NCBI GenBank assembly: GCA_963787255.1
Contig: CAWBCJ010000001.1
Location: 80,122-144,121, forward strand
Length of the DNA stretch: 64,000 bases
Direction of reading: 5' to 3'
Source: Methanobacteriota archaeon
GTDB taxonomy: Archaea > Methanobacteriota > Methanobacteria > Methanobacteriales > Methanobacteriaceae
Below the pieces are notes generated by a model. It made no database searches. It had not been told where the DNA came from and saw nothing but the letters and a program-made list of their open reading frames with translations. Shown here piece after piece: positions 9,814 through 21,080 of this stretch (position 1 is its first letter; each line of letters opens with the position of its first letter). A program made the translations under genes and the position numbers.

Positions 9814-11706
9814 ATGGCAAATCTAAATTCAGACTCAAATTCATTTAAATTAAGAACTTATGCGAGTTCAGGGGATATTAAAGTCCCAGAAAGAATAATT
9901 GACCAGATAATTGGCCAGGAAGAAGCAGTTGAAACCGTGAAAAAGGCTGCTGAACAAAGAAGAAATGTTCTATTAATTGGAGAGCCAGGTATTGGTAAAT
10001 CAATGCTTGCAAAGGGAATGGCAGAACTGTTACCAGGAGAAGAACTTCAGGACATTCTTGTTTATCCTAACATAGAAGATAATCACAATCCATTAATTGG
10101 AGTCATGCCTTGTGGCGAAGGTAAAAAAATAGTTGCAAACTATAAAGCTAAGGCGAAAGGGCAGGAAGAAAAGAAAAATATGTTCACAATGATCATTATA
10201 GCCGCTATTTTGATCGTTGGATTTGTAGTAAATCAAATATTAGCAGCTATTATAGCTGCAGGAATAGTCTTCCTTGCACTTCAACAGATGAAGCCCCGAA
10301 CTTCAATTATGGTTCCAAAACTTCTTGTAAATAACGAAAATAAAGTTATTGCTCCTTTTGTTGATGCAACAGGATCTCATGCAGGTGCTCTTTTAGGTGA
10401 TGTTAGACATGACCCTTACCAGTCAGGAGGACTAGGAACTCCTGCACACGAACGTGTTGAAGCTGGAATGATTCACAAGGCCAGTAAAGGTGTTTTATAC
10501 GTCGATGAAATTGGTACCATGAAAATGAAGACCCAGCAGGAACTTTTAACAGCCATGCAGGAGAAAAAATACTCCATTACAGGACAAAGCGAAACCAGCA
10601 GCGGTGCAATGGTAAGATCTCAAGAAGTTCCATGCGATTTCGTGCTTGTAGCTTCAGGAAACCTGCAAGTGCTTGAAGGAATGCACATTGCACTTAGATC
10701 TAGAATAAGAGGATACGGTTACGAAGTTTTCATGAAAGATTCAATGCCAGATACTCCTGAAAACAGAGATAAACTGGTCCAGTTCGTAGCTCAAGAAGTC
10801 AAAAAAGACGGTAGAATACCTCATTTTAGTAAAGAAGCCGTTGGTGAGATTATAAGAGAAGCTCAACGAAGATCTGGTAAAAAAGATTCATTAACATTAA
10901 AATTAAGAGATTTAGGCGGTCTTGTAAGGGCTGCTGGTGATATAGCTAAAGGTGAAGGTATTGAATCAGTTTCATTAGCGCATGTAATCAGCGCTAAAAA
11001 ACTTGCAAGAACCTTAGAACAACAAATAGCAGATCGATACATCGGACAGAGAAAATTATACAAAGTATTTAAATCTGAAGGTGGCGAAGTAGGTACAGTA
11101 AACGGTCTTGCAATAATTGGAGATAGAAGCGGTATAATACTCCCAATAGTAGCCGAAGCTGCTCCCGCACAAAGTAAAGAAGAAGGTAGAATTATTGCTA
11201 CTGGAAAACTGGGAGATATAGCTAAAGAAGCTGTTCAAAACGTCAGTGCTTTAATTAAAAAACACACTGGAACAGACATATCAAGTTACGACATACACAT
11301 ACAGTTCTTGCAATCATATGAAGGCGTTGAAGGAGATAGTGCAAGTGTTTCAGTTGCAACAGCAGTTGTTTCATCACTTGAAAACATCCCTGTTGACCAG
11401 TCAGTAGCACTTACAGGTTCGTTAAGCGTTAGAGGTGACGTTCTTCCGGTTGGAGGAGTTACAGGTAAAATTGAAGCTGCTGCAGAGTCAGGGATTAAAA
11501 AGGTTCTGATACCTGAATCAAACATGAACGACGTTTTAATAGAAGAGCGCTACAAAAATAAGATTGAAATTATTCCTGTAGCAACATTAAGTGACGTTCT
11601 TGAACATGCACTTGTGGGAAAAGGCAAAAAAAGTCTCATGAACAAGATGAAGAAGATCAGCGACATTGTACCAACAGGTATTTTACAAACCCCTACAACT
11701 CACTAA
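9814..11706 (+). CDS. lonB: ATP-dependent membrane protease LonB
   Basis: Walker [11 protein letters not shown] insertion in the ATPase domain, YVDEI, catalytic VEGDSAS and [10 protein letters not shown]. Confidence 0.97.
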   Translation: MANLNSDSNSFKLRTYASSGDIKVPERIIDQIIGQEEAVETVKKAAEQRRNVLLIGEPGIGKSMLAKGMAELLPGEELQDILVYPNIEDNHNPLIGVMPCGEGKKIVANYKAKAKGQEEKKNMFTMIIIAAILIVGFVVNQILAAIIAAGIVFLALQQMKPRTSIMVPKLLVNNENKVIAPFVDATGSHAGALLGDVRHDPYQSGGLGTPAHERVEAGMIHKASKGVLYVDEIGTMKMKTQQELLTAMQEKKYSITGQSETSSGAMVRSQEVPCDFVLVASGNLQVLEGMHIALRSRIRGYGYEVFMKDSMPDTPENRDKLVQFVAQEVKKDGRIPHFSKEAVGEIIREAQRRSGKKDSLTLKLRDLGGLVRAAGDIAKGEGIESVSLAHVISAKKLARTLEQQIADRYIGQRKLYKVFKSEGGEVGTVNGLAIIGDRSGIILPIVAEAAPAQSKEEGRIIATGKLGDIAKEAVQNVSALIKKHTGTDISSYDIHIQFLQSYEGVEGDSASVSVATAVVSSLENIPVDQSVALTGSLSVRGDVLPVGGVTGKIEAAAESGIKKVLIPESNMNDVLIEERYKNKIEIIPVATLSDVLEHALVGKGKKSLMNKMKKISDIVPTGILQTPTTH

Positions 11707-11895
11707 TAGAAATTCAGTTTTTGAAAGGATTACTAATTCCTTTCAATTTAATTTATTTTTGCTAATACTGTTTTATCAAAAATTTTTTAAATGTTTTAAA
11801 TCTAATATGATACTATAATGACATTTTTTATATTATCATTATTCATTTCTTTAAAATTATAAATTTATATTATAAAATTAAAATAGGAAGATAAG

Positions 11896-13488
11896 ATGAA
11901 AAAATTAAAATTTTTTGAATTAGATCTCTCTGAAGAGATCAAAAAGGCCATTGCAGATATGGGTTTTGAAGAGGCAACCCCAATTCAATCACTAACCATT
12001 CCCCATATTTTAGATGGAAAAGACGTTACCGGACAGGCCCAAACAGGAACCGGAAAAACTGCAGCATTTGGAATTCCCATTTTAGAAATGGTTGATCCTG
12101 AAAACAAAAAGCTACAGGCTGTTATTTTATGCCCAACAAGAGAGCTGGCCATTCAGGTGGCTGAAGAAATAAGAAAGCTTTCAAAATACATGAAAAAAAT
12201 TAATGTTTTACCTATTTATGGTGGACAGCCTATAGAAAGACAGTTTAAGGCTCTTAAAAAAGGAGTTCAAATTATTATAGGTACTCCCGGCCGTGTGATG
12301 GATCACATGAGGCGAGGGACACTTAAAATGAATAATGTGAATATTATTGTTCTAGATGAAGCTGACGAAATGCTAGATATGGGTTTCCGTGAAGATATAG
12401 AATTTGTACTTGAAGATATGCCTGAAGAAAGACAAACACTTCTTTTTTCTGCTACAATGTCTAAGCCCATTTTAAACTTAACCAAAAGATTCCAGGAAAA
12501 TCCTGAATTTGTAAAAGTCGCTCCTCAGAAAATGAATGTACCTACTGAAATTCAGCAAATTTACTTTGAAGTTAAAGAAAAGACAAAGTTAGAGCTTCTT
12601 TCACGCGTAGTGGACATATATAACCCTAAATTATCCCTAGTATTTTGTAACACCAAACGTAGAGTTGATACCTTGGTAACACATCTCCAGGTACGAGGAT
12701 ATCTTGCAGATGGACTTCATGGTGATATGACCCAAAAGCAGAGAGATCGGGTCATGGGAAAGTTCAGAAAAGCACAAATAGAAATTCTTGTTGCAACTGA
12801 TGTTGCTGCACGTGGAATAGACGTGGAGGACATTGAAGCAGTTTTTAATTACGATGTACCTAACGATGATGAATATTACGTGCACAGAATAGGTAGAACA
12901 GGACGTGCCGGTAGAAAAGGACGTGCTTTCACATTTGTTTCAGGTAGGGAAATTTATCAACTTAGAGATATACAGAAATTCACTAAAACAAAAATTGAAC
13001 AGCACAGAATTCCTTCAATTGCAGACGTTGAAGAAATTAAGACAGATATATTCTTAGAAAAAATTAAATCCATAGTAAATAACGCGGAATTAGGTAAATA
13101 TATTCATCTAATTGAACAATTGATGGAAGAAGATTATACCTCAGTTGAAACTGCTGCAGCTCTTTTAAAAATAGTTATGAATAAAGAAACCCAAATAGAA
13201 AGTTCAAGTTCTGGTGCGGACTTTGGAGATACAGGAGCCAGCTCAGGAATGGTAAGGTTCTTTATGAATGTTGGAAGAAAACAAAGAATAAAGGCAAAAG
13301 ACATAATTATAGCGGTTGATCAAAATACAGGGCTTTCAAGTCAGGTAATCGGTAAAATAGATGTTTTTGACAAGTTTTCTTTTATTGAAGTTCCTGAAGA
13401 AAGTGCTCAGAATTTCCTTTCCCGTATGGATAAAGGAAAAGTCAAGGGTAAAAGTGTTAATGTAGAGCCTGCAAACAAAAGGGAATAA
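11896..13488 (+). CDS. deaD: DEAD-box RNA helicase (DeaD/CsdA-like, C-terminal DbpA RNA-binding domain)
   Basis: AQTGTGKT, PTRELA, DEAD, SAT, ARGID, HRIGRTGR; C-terminal FFMNVGR...IGKIDV. Confidence 0.92.
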   Translation: MKKLKFFELDLSEEIKKAIADMGFEEATPIQSLTIPHILDGKDVTGQAQTGTGKTAAFGIPILEMVDPENKKLQAVILCPTRELAIQVAEEIRKLSKYMKKINVLPIYGGQPIERQFKALKKGVQIIIGTPGRVMDHMRRGTLKMNNVNIIVLDEADEMLDMGFREDIEFVLEDMPEERQTLLFSATMSKPILNLTKRFQENPEFVKVAPQKMNVPTEIQQIYFEVKEKTKLELLSRVVDIYNPKLSLVFCNTKRRVDTLVTHLQVRGYLADGLHGDMTQKQRDRVMGKFRKAQIEILVATDVAARGIDVEDIEAVFNYDVPNDDEYYVHRIGRTGRAGRKGRAFTFVSGREIYQLRDIQKFTKTKIEQHRIPSIADVEEIKTDIFLEKIKSIVNNAELGKYIHLIEQLMEEDYTSVETAAALLKIVMNKETQIESSSSGADFGDTGASSGMVRFFMNVGRKQRIKAKDIIIAVDQNTGLSSQVIGKIDVFDKFSFIEVPEESAQNFLSRMDKGKVKGKSVNVEPANKRE

Positions 13489-13554
13489 TTAATATTTCCT
13501 TTTTTTCTCATTATCTTTTTTTTTGAATTAATGATTTTTAGTAAATATTTTTTT

Positions 13555-14262
13555 TTATTTTGCTTTTCCATTTTGACAGAAATAAATACCCGGTTGCCCG
13601 GAATTCAGATTATTTTCTTTCCATACATCACAATTTATACATTTACATGTTTTGTCGGGATCAAGGTCGCTGCAAATAGCTTTTCCATTTGCACAGTACA
13701 TTCCAGGGAAATCTGAAGGCTCAGGACTCATTCCCTTCATTGATATCTGCAGCATTTTCATCTTATTTTGAGCACATTCACTTTCTTTTTGAACAGGACA
13801 CTGCGGACAGAGACATCTCACCATGTTTTCTCTTTCAAACTTAATATCTGGACCAGTTTCTATTTTAGAATCTTTTGAAGACTTCTTTTGGGGAAGAAGT
13901 TCTTTATTTCGTTTGGTTATTAAAGTGCCGAGTGCGCCTCCGATAGTTCCAAGGATTCCCCAAATAATTATTGTTAGTATGATTGCATTTAATCCTCCAA
14001 CAGCTATTAATGCTTCTATTGTTCCACCAATAGATATAACCGTGATTATAGTTATAATTGCAAGTATGATGCTGCTGATTATGCCAATAATGGCTCCATG
14101 GATGGCGCCGTTTTGAATATCTTCATTAACCATGTAGCCTACTACAATGCCTGCTAAGATTACTCCTAAATAGGAACCTATTGTTCCTGTGATTGTTCCA
14201 AGCAGTATACCTAGTATAATTGCTAAAATAACGCCTAAAATTGTTGCTTTCCAGTTAAACAT
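13555..14262 (-). CDS. Membrane DUF5518-like domain fused to a Cys-rich DUF2769-like domain
   Basis: N-terminal Gly-rich 4-TM region (NWKATILG...NGAIHGAIIG); C-terminal CLCPQCP...YCANGKA...CKCINC...YFCQNG. Confidence 0.7.
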   Translation of the reverse strand: MFNWKATILGVILAIILGILLGTITGTIGSYLGVILAGIVVGYMVNEDIQNGAIHGAIIGIISSIILAIITIITVISIGGTIEALIAVGGLNAIILTIIIWGILGTIGGALGTLITKRNKELLPQKKSSKDSKIETGPDIKFERENMVRCLCPQCPVQKESECAQNKMKMLQISMKGMSPEPSDFPGMYCANGKAICSDLDPDKTCKCINCDVWKENNLNSGQPGIYFCQNGKAK

Positions 14263-14399
14263 GATATTTCACCATTTAAAAATATTTAGTATTCCTTTTT
14301 TTATAATTTTATTTTTTTTATTATTTAGTTGTTTTTTTAAATGCAATGGAATATGTTACTTAGGAATTTATTAATAGTATTATTATTAATATTATTAAT

Positions 14400-15209
14400 A
14401 TGGAAAAGTACAAGGTAACTTGCGTAGAAGATAATAAAAATTTTGTAGCCACCGATGCATTTTTAAAGCTTAAAAAATCATTTAAACAATTAAAAAACCG
14501 GAAAGGAAGAATAATACACGTAATAGGAGCTCCAGGAACTGGAAAATCAGCAAATATTTATCAAGCACAACAAGTTCTAGATTTAAACATATATAACACT
14601 AAAATGACACTAAAAAATAAAAAAATAAATCCAGAAGAAGTTTATACAGCACTTATAAATACAATGGAGCAAGATTTCGGCGTGAAAACAGAAGAAGAAG
14701 TATACAAAGAAATTTCAAAGTATGACACTATTTTATTTGCAGATGAACTACTCGATCCAGAAACATTAAACAAAGAAAAAATAGGACTAGGCCAATGGAT
14801 ACATGAAAATCGTTTAAAATCTATTTTTTTCTATTTTATACTCGTTTATAAATATTTAAAATATTTAAAAGAATTTAAAAAGGTAAATATTGTATTTCAT
14901 ACAACATGGACATTCATATTAAAAGAAACCAAATATGATTTATTAACTGATTTCAGTTTACTATCTTTAATATTTAAAAGTGTCTTAAAGCTATTTTTTG
15001 AAGTAATAGAAGTATCATACACCCCTTCAGAAACGATTAAAATAGTTAAAAGCTATTTTAAAGATATTAACGAAGAACAAATCAAAAGTTACATTAAAAA
15101 ATATGGAAATAAGCCAAGATTAATACTTAATGCCCTAGAAAGCGATTTAAAACCATTAAAATCATATAATACCAATCTAATTATCACAAACACTATCTTA
15201 AAAGTCTAA
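14400..15209 (+). CDS. Uncharacterised P-loop ATPase (paralog 1)
   Basis: Walker A GAPGTGKS, Walker B-like ILFADE, C-terminal KKYGNKPR; similar along its length to the next ORF. Confidence 0.8.
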   Translation: MEKYKVTCVEDNKNFVATDAFLKLKKSFKQLKNRKGRIIHVIGAPGTGKSANIYQAQQVLDLNIYNTKMTLKNKKINPEEVYTALINTMEQDFGVKTEEEVYKEISKYDTILFADELLDPETLNKEKIGLGQWIHENRLKSIFFYFILVYKYLKYLKEFKKVNIVFHTTWTFILKETKYDLLTDFSLLSLIFKSVLKLFFEVIEVSYTPSETIKIVKSYFKDINEEQIKSYIKKYGNKPRLILNALESDLKPLKSYNTNLIITNTILKV

Positions 15210-15358
15210 AAAAAATAATAATATTACTCTAAGGTCATAGCCCCAAAACTTTTTTTTCTACATCTTTAATGCCCCAAAAAAAGGAGTTATAATCTCTTAT
15301 TATTCAAAAAAAATAGTGAGAAAAAAATTAACATAATGTTAATCTTATAAATAATACT

Positions 15359-16171
15359 ATGGAAAATCAGGACCATAAAATAATATCTTTAAAAGCCGAT
15401 GAAGGTTTTGTTGTTACTGATTCATTTTTAAAACTTTTAAAAAAATTAAAAAGCCTAAAAAACACTAAAGGAAGAATAATTTTAGTTATAGGTGCACCTG
15501 GAACTGGTAAATCATCTAATATTTATCATGCTCTCGATATTATTGATTTAAATTATTATGAACCAATTTTACTTTTAGATAGTGTAAATAAAAGTTCAAA
15601 AGAAGTTTATATGGAGATTTATAATGTTCTAGGAAAAGATCTTCATGTGGAAAAAGAAGAGGAAGTATATAGAAAACTTTCAAATTTTGATGCGGTATTA
15701 GTTGCGGATAAATTTCTTGATTCCGAGTTTTTAGACAACAGTAAAGTAGGGCTTGCTGAATGGACCAACCATAAAACTATATTAACTATTCCTTTCTTTT
15801 TTCTGTGGATAATTGAAGCTATAAGGCACCGAAAATTATTAAAAAACATAAATCTAGTTTTTCAAACTGCTTGGAGCATCCAAATAAGGGGATTCAAATA
15901 CGACTTAATAACAGACTTTGGTTTATTCTCTAAATTGATTTTAGGGATTTTAAAGAGGATATTTGAAGTTGTAGAAATAGCATACACCGAAGCTGAGATT
16001 ATAGAAATAGTAAAAAGTCACAATAAAAATATTGATGAAAAAGAAATCAAAAGTTATATTAAAAAATATGGAAATAAACCTAGATTTATTCTTGATGATT
16101 TAGAAAATAAATCATTAACATCAAAAACAAAAAAAATCAGTGATATGAACTTTAAATCACCAAATAAATAA
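15359..16171 (+). CDS. Uncharacterised P-loop ATPase (paralog 2)
   Basis: Walker A GAPGTGKS, VLVADK; shares KYDL.TDF and IKSYIKKYGNKPR with paralog 1. Confidence 0.8.
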   Translation: MENQDHKIISLKADEGFVVTDSFLKLLKKLKSLKNTKGRIILVIGAPGTGKSSNIYHALDIIDLNYYEPILLLDSVNKSSKEVYMEIYNVLGKDLHVEKEEEVYRKLSNFDAVLVADKFLDSEFLDNSKVGLAEWTNHKTILTIPFFFLWIIEAIRHRKLLKNINLVFQTAWSIQIRGFKYDLITDFGLFSKLILGILKRIFEVVEIAYTEAEIIEIVKSHNKNIDEKEIKSYIKKYGNKPRFILDDLENKSLTSKTKKISDMNFKSPNK

Positions 16172-16207
16172 AAAAAGGTAAAGATCAGTATAAAAAATTT
16201 TTCAATT

Positions 16208-17074
16208 TTATTTGCTCTTTTTAAGTGCTTCAGCAACTAAGGGTGCCACCGAAATCATGCTAACATCGGATAGGAGTGTATCAGTTGACACTACGTCATC
16301 TACGCCGGATGCAAATATTTTAAGCAGTGCATCCTCAACTAGTACTGGGTGGATGCATGATACAATTACCTTGGAAGCACCGAGTTCATTTAAAATTCCT
16401 ACAGCATTTATTATTGTACCGCCAGTGCTGATAATATCATCAATTATTACAGCTTCTTTTCCATTAACGTCTATATTTTTTGGTTTGGTTTCTACTATTT
16501 CCGGTGAAATTCTGGTTTTTTCAAGATAGTCATATTCACACCCCAAAATTTCAGCAATTTCTCTTGCAAATCCAAGTGCTCCTTTATCTGGAGCGACAAT
16601 CACTGGATTATCCAGTGTTTTTTTGATGTGATTGGCAATAAGAGGCATGGCAGATAAGTTGTGTACTGGAATCTTAAAAAATTCGGTTATATTTTCTTCA
16701 TGTAGATTTATGCAGAATATTTCATCTGCTCCTGAAACTTCCAGAAGTTCAGAAATTATAACAGCAGAAACTGCTTCACCACTTTTAAAACGTCGTTCTT
16801 GCCGACCATAACCAAAATAAGGAATTACTACCTTAATTTTTTCAATGCCCATACTTTTTAAATTTTTAAGGATTAAAAAAAGTTCCATTAAGTTTTCATC
16901 TTGAGGATACCCTGTTGATTGAACAACAATTGCCTCGTTGTCAAGTTTACCCTTTATTCTGATGTATCTTTCGCCGTCAGGAAATCTTCTAGTTTCTATT
17001 GGGATTAAAGGACATTGCAGTTCTTTTGAAATCTTTGCAGCTAATTTTTGCGAAGCAGATCCACCTATTATCAA
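16208..17074 (-). CDS. prs: Ribose-phosphate pyrophosphokinase
   Basis: RRFPDGE, PYFGYGRQ, APDKGA, PRPP-binding IIDDIISTGGT. Confidence 0.97.
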   Translation of the reverse strand: MIIGGSASQKLAAKISKELQCPLIPIETRRFPDGERYIRIKGKLDNEAIVVQSTGYPQDENLMELFLILKNLKSMGIEKIKVVIPYFGYGRQERRFKSGEAVSAVIISELLEVSGADEIFCINLHEENITEFFKIPVHNLSAMPLIANHIKKTLDNPVIVAPDKGALGFAREIAEILGCEYDYLEKTRISPEIVETKPKNIDVNGKEAVIIDDIISTGGTIINAVGILNELGASKVIVSCIHPVLVEDALLKIFASGVDDVVSTDTLLSDVSMISVAPLVAEALKKSK

Positions 17075-17395
17075 ATATAATCACCTTTTAATTATTAACG
17101 TTATGAAAAATATATTTTTTTTATTAAATTTGAAATTAGTATAATAATAAGTTATAAAAGGACGCTGTGGTGCTTTATAACCTATATTAATATGTTTTTA
17201 TTTCAATATCTACTCCAATATTATATAATTCTATGTATTAATCCAATTTAATTACAAAATATTAATACACCCGTACCAACAAGTTTGCTTCCCAAAAAAA
17301 ACATATTTAATATATTATATAAAAATGGAACCAAGCAGCTTAATTTATATTCCATTCTATTATTGTATATTTTAACGGTATTAACGTTCTCTTTT

Positions 17396-17632
17396 CTATG
17401 ATTTTTTCCCTTTCTCTGCTTTTTTTTGTACTTCATCTGATACAGAAGCCAGCATTATATATCCTTCGCCTTCTATATTTGCAGTCAAGCTTTCAGGATA
17501 TATTTTCCACCCTTTACGTTCAAAAATATTTAATCTTTTTTCTATATCCAGTATTCTATCTAATTCATCCCTGATAGGATTTCCATCAGAATTTACATCT
17601 CCAAACGATATAACTTTCCACTCTTTAGCCAT
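17396..17632 (-). CDS. Small hypothetical protein (DUF4177-like pattern)
   Basis: GGAGTGA RBS before ATG at 17632; EWKVI...EKRLNIFERKGWKI pattern. Confidence 0.6.
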   Translation of the reverse strand: MAKEWKVISFGDVNSDGNPIRDELDRILDIEKRLNIFERKGWKIYPESLTANIEGEGYIMLASVSDEVQKKAEKGKKS

Positions 17633-17901
17633 TGAAAAAATCACTCCAAAACATAGTTTTCTGCTATTATTTTTATTTTAAAATATAAATAAATCTTTGT
17701 GGACATTTTTGTGGGGGGGCGAAACCATTAAATGGGAGGGTGGGATGTGGTTAGAGTATCAGAGCCATTTAGGGATATTATAAACTGCTGAAAAAGTATA
17801 AAAAAGTTTATTTTTTATCAATATTAGTTATCTTTTTATTTCTTTGAAAACAAATAAAATGTATAATACACTAATTTTTTTTATGGGGAAGTGATGTTCT
17901 T

Positions 17902-18315
17902 ATGGAAAATAAAGGAAAAAACAGAAAAGGCGAGTATGTTGCTGCAATAATTTTTGGCCTGATTTTCTTGTACATTGTGAACAATTTACTCAATTGGAAT
18001 ATCTATTTTATTACTAATGCTCTTAATGAAGTGTTATGGATTGTAAATCTGTCAATAATAGCTACAATTATTGGAAATATCTTTCTCCTCGTATATGATC
18101 CAGATTGGTTCCGCCATATAATTAAAATAATTATAAATATTATCACCCTCATCAGCACATACTTCGTCTACATTGTATTTCCATTTAATTTCTATAGTTC
18201 CTTCCTAAATTGGGGTCTAAGTATATTTTTGATATTGATTATGATCGGTATTGTAATAGCGATTATAGTAGAATTTTATTTATTAGTAACTGGAAGAGCA
18301 GATATTAGAGATTAA
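17902..18315 (+). CDS. Four-TM membrane protein (paralog of 61906-62274)
   Basis: Hydrophobic ORF; shares GEYV.AII, NNLLNW, NEVLWI.NLSI and WFRH with the ORF at 61906. Confidence 0.8.
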   Translation: MENKGKNRKGEYVAAIIFGLIFLYIVNNLLNWNIYFITNALNEVLWIVNLSIIATIIGNIFLLVYDPDWFRHIIKIIINIITLISTYFVYIVFPFNFYSSFLNWGLSIFLILIMIGIVIAIIVEFYLLVTGRADIRD

Positions 18316-18600
18316 TCCTAAAAAATATGGCTTTCCATGTCTACTAGACTTGTTAATAATGCTTGATAATGTAAAATCTTTTAGTTATTAAAAATCAAAC
18401 TTTTATGTATAATTGTATACTCAAAGAAGAGTATATACTGTTGGAGTATTCAATACATTATAATATAATAATGTTAATCTATTTCTTAAATTACTTTTAA
18501 CATAATGATATTCTTAATACTTATAAAAAAAAACTATTATATTTCATAAATACTAGTGTATTATAATAAATGTCTTTATATAATTTTGAGGTGGAGATTT

Positions 18601-18981
18601 ATGCATGAACTTTCAATGGCAGATGCCATAGTAAAGACTGCAGTTGACGTTGCAGAAAAAAATGATGCTCAAGAAATTATTGAAGTTACCATAGAAATTG
18701 GAAAATTAACTTTACTAAATCCTGAACAGCTTAAATTCATGATTGATGTTTTAAGCGAGAATACACTCCTTGAAGGAGCTGAAATTGTTATAGAAGATAT
18801 TCCAATAGAAATAAAATGTAAATCATGTGATTTTATAGGACTTGCTCCTTCTGATGATCTTGATCATTTTGTACCTATTGTAAATTGTCCCGAATGTGAA
18901 GGGCAAAATTTAGAGATAACTAAAGGCAGAGAATGTAATGTTAAAAGTATTAAAATAGAAAAGGAGGATGACGATGCATAA
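18601..18981 (+). CDS. hypA: Hydrogenase nickel metallochaperone HypA
   Basis: MHELS N-terminus after a GAGGTGG RBS; CKSC...CPEC zinc site. Confidence 0.96.
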   Translation: MHELSMADAIVKTAVDVAEKNDAQEIIEVTIEIGKLTLLNPEQLKFMIDVLSENTLLEGAEIVIEDIPIEIKCKSCDFIGLAPSDDLDHFVPIVNCPECEGQNLEITKGRECNVKSIKIEKEDDDA

Positions 18982-19633
18982 AATTGCTGAAGTAGAGATA
19001 CAGCACGATATTATGGTTGCAAATAAAAAGCTGGCCCAAAGAAATCAGAGAATATTTGACAAGGCAGGAGTATTTGCAATTGATGTTTTAGGAGCAATAG
19101 GTTCTGGAAAAACTTCCCTTATAGAAAATCTCATAGATAAAATGGATTACAAAATAGGAGTCATAGCTGGTGACGTTATAAGTAAATTCGACGCAGGCAG
19201 ATTTGAAAATCATGACGTTCCTGTTGTTGGACTTAATACTGGAAGAGAGTGTCATTTAGATGCTCATCTTGTAGAACATGCACTGGGTGATCTTCCACTT
19301 GAAGATTTAGAAATTCTTTTTATTGAAAATGTGGGAAATCTTATTTGTCCTGTTGATTTTGACCTTGGATCCCACATAAGAATGGTTGTTATTAGTGTAA
19401 GTGAAGGAGATGACACTGTAGAAAAACATCCTTTGATTTTTAAGGATGCTGACATTGTGGTTATTAACAAGGTAGATATCGCTGAAGCTGTTGGTGCTGA
19501 CGAAAATAAAATGGTTGACGATGTTTTAAAACTTAATCCTGGTGTTGTGGTTATTAAAAGCAGTTTAAAAACTGGTGAAGGGCTTGATGAAATAATAAAT
19601 AACATTCAGAACTTCATAGACGAAATGAAATAA
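18974..19633 (+). CDS. hypB: Hydrogenase nickel incorporation GTPase HypB
   Basis: GAIGSGKT, TGRECHLDA, ENVGNLICP, NKVD; overlaps the hypA stop. Confidence 0.97.
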   Translation: MHKIAEVEIQHDIMVANKKLAQRNQRIFDKAGVFAIDVLGAIGSGKTSLIENLIDKMDYKIGVIAGDVISKFDAGRFENHDVPVVGLNTGRECHLDAHLVEHALGDLPLEDLEILFIENVGNLICPVDFDLGSHIRMVVISVSEGDDTVEKHPLIFKDADIVVINKVDIAEAVGADENKMVDDVLKLNPGVVVIKSSLKTGEGLDEIINNIQNFIDEMK

Positions 19634-19798
19634 TACGTCCAACACTTATTATTTTTTTTTATTTTATTAAAACGAGTTAAAAACAGTTAATTCATTTTTT
19701 TTATGTCTGTGGTTTAGTCAAAAAAATATATTTTAATTTTAATAGTAAGCTTTTACGGCTTGAAAATTAGAGATTTCGACAGTTTTGTTATAAAAGAG

Positions 19799-19872
<74 letters not shown>

Positions 19873-19991
19873 TCATTTTTTGTACCATGAATACTTTTTT
19901 TAGATATAAAAGATTCAAGTATATTAACAATTAAATATCTTGATATTTAAATTTAATGTATCTACTTATATTTTTTTAAGAGGGATGTATA

Positions 19992-20516
19992 ATGGAAGAT
20001 TTAGTTATTAGAAATACTTTAGAAAAAGATTTTATTAAAATAGCAGAAGTTGCAGAAGAATGTAAACCCATGGAAACAGAAAGAAATTCCATTTATCATA
20101 TTTTCACAAAATACTTTAATAGCACATGCTTTGTTGCAGAATTACCTTCCGGAGTGATTGGTGGGTTTCTGTTAGGATTCATATCCCCGGAAAACCCTGA
20201 AGAAGCTTATATCCACCTCTTGTGTGTTGATCCAAAGATAAGGGGGCGGGATATTGGCAGGAAACTGGTAGAATTGTTTATAGAAAAGGTTGCTTTAAAA
20301 GGTTGTAAAAAAGTGATTTTAATTACAAAACCTATTAACTGGAATTCAATATCGTTTTATAAAAAATTAGGTTTTATTGAAGAAAAAAGTGGAGAAACCA
20401 TGAATGTTCTAGGTACAACCGCCATTAAAAATTATGATGGTGATGGAGAGCACATGGTAGTTTTTTATAAGTTTATAGAACCCCTAACCCTTAATCTTAC
20501 TTCTTTTTTGGAATAA
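19992..20516 (+). CDS. GNAT family N-acetyltransferase
   Basis: VDPKIRGRDIGRKL acetyl-CoA motif; N..SISFYKKLGF. Confidence 0.9.
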   Translation: MEDLVIRNTLEKDFIKIAEVAEECKPMETERNSIYHIFTKYFNSTCFVAELPSGVIGGFLLGFISPENPEEAYIHLLCVDPKIRGRDIGRKLVELFIEKVALKGCKKVILITKPINWNSISFYKKLGFIEEKSGETMNVLGTTAIKNYDGDGEHMVVFYKFIEPLTLNLTSFLE

Positions 20517-20609
20517 TACCAAGTAAATATCAGTTAAAAATTAAAAAAATATAAAGGAATAATGAAATATTATATTATTCCTTTAAAGTGAATTTGGAGA
20601 ATAATAGAA

Positions 20610-20987
20610 CTATGGAGCTCCTCCAGCACCGCCCAGATTTTTACCGGTTTGTGCATCTAATTCTATTTCCCCTACTTGTTCCCCGTTAAGCATAACAGGT
20701 ACAACGTAAACCTTTTTACCATTTACATTGATCATTTTTGGTGTGCCTGCTTTTGCTCCAGGCTCTTCAATATATTTTTGAGCTATTTCCTGCGCCTTTA
20801 AAGCAGATATTACTGTTGTTGTGCTTGTAGTTAAATTGCTGCTATTGTTAATTTGGTTATTTTGCTGTTTTTGTTGATCAACAGAATTGTTTGTGGAATT
20901 ATCATTTCCATCACCACCATAAGCAGCAAATACAATACCAACTGCAGCAACTATTGCCAATATAGCAATTATTGATTTTTTCATCAT
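20610..20987 (-). CDS. Secreted or anchored PepSY-domain protein
   Basis: Signal peptide MMKKSIIAIL..., N/Q/T-rich linker, ISALKAQEIA...IELDAQTGK. Confidence 0.85.
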   Translation of the reverse strand: MMKKSIIAILAIVAAVGIVFAAYGGDGNDNSTNNSVDQQKQQNNQINNSSNLTTSTTTVISALKAQEIAQKYIEEPGAKAGTPKMINVNGKKVYVVPVMLNGEQVGEIELDAQTGKNLGGAGGAP

Positions 20988-21080
20988 CTTAGTTACCTCA
21001 TTTTCATTTTATATTCAAAGTATTCCTTATTAGAAAGGCAAAGATGTGCATATATACCTTTTATTATTACATTACTGTTA

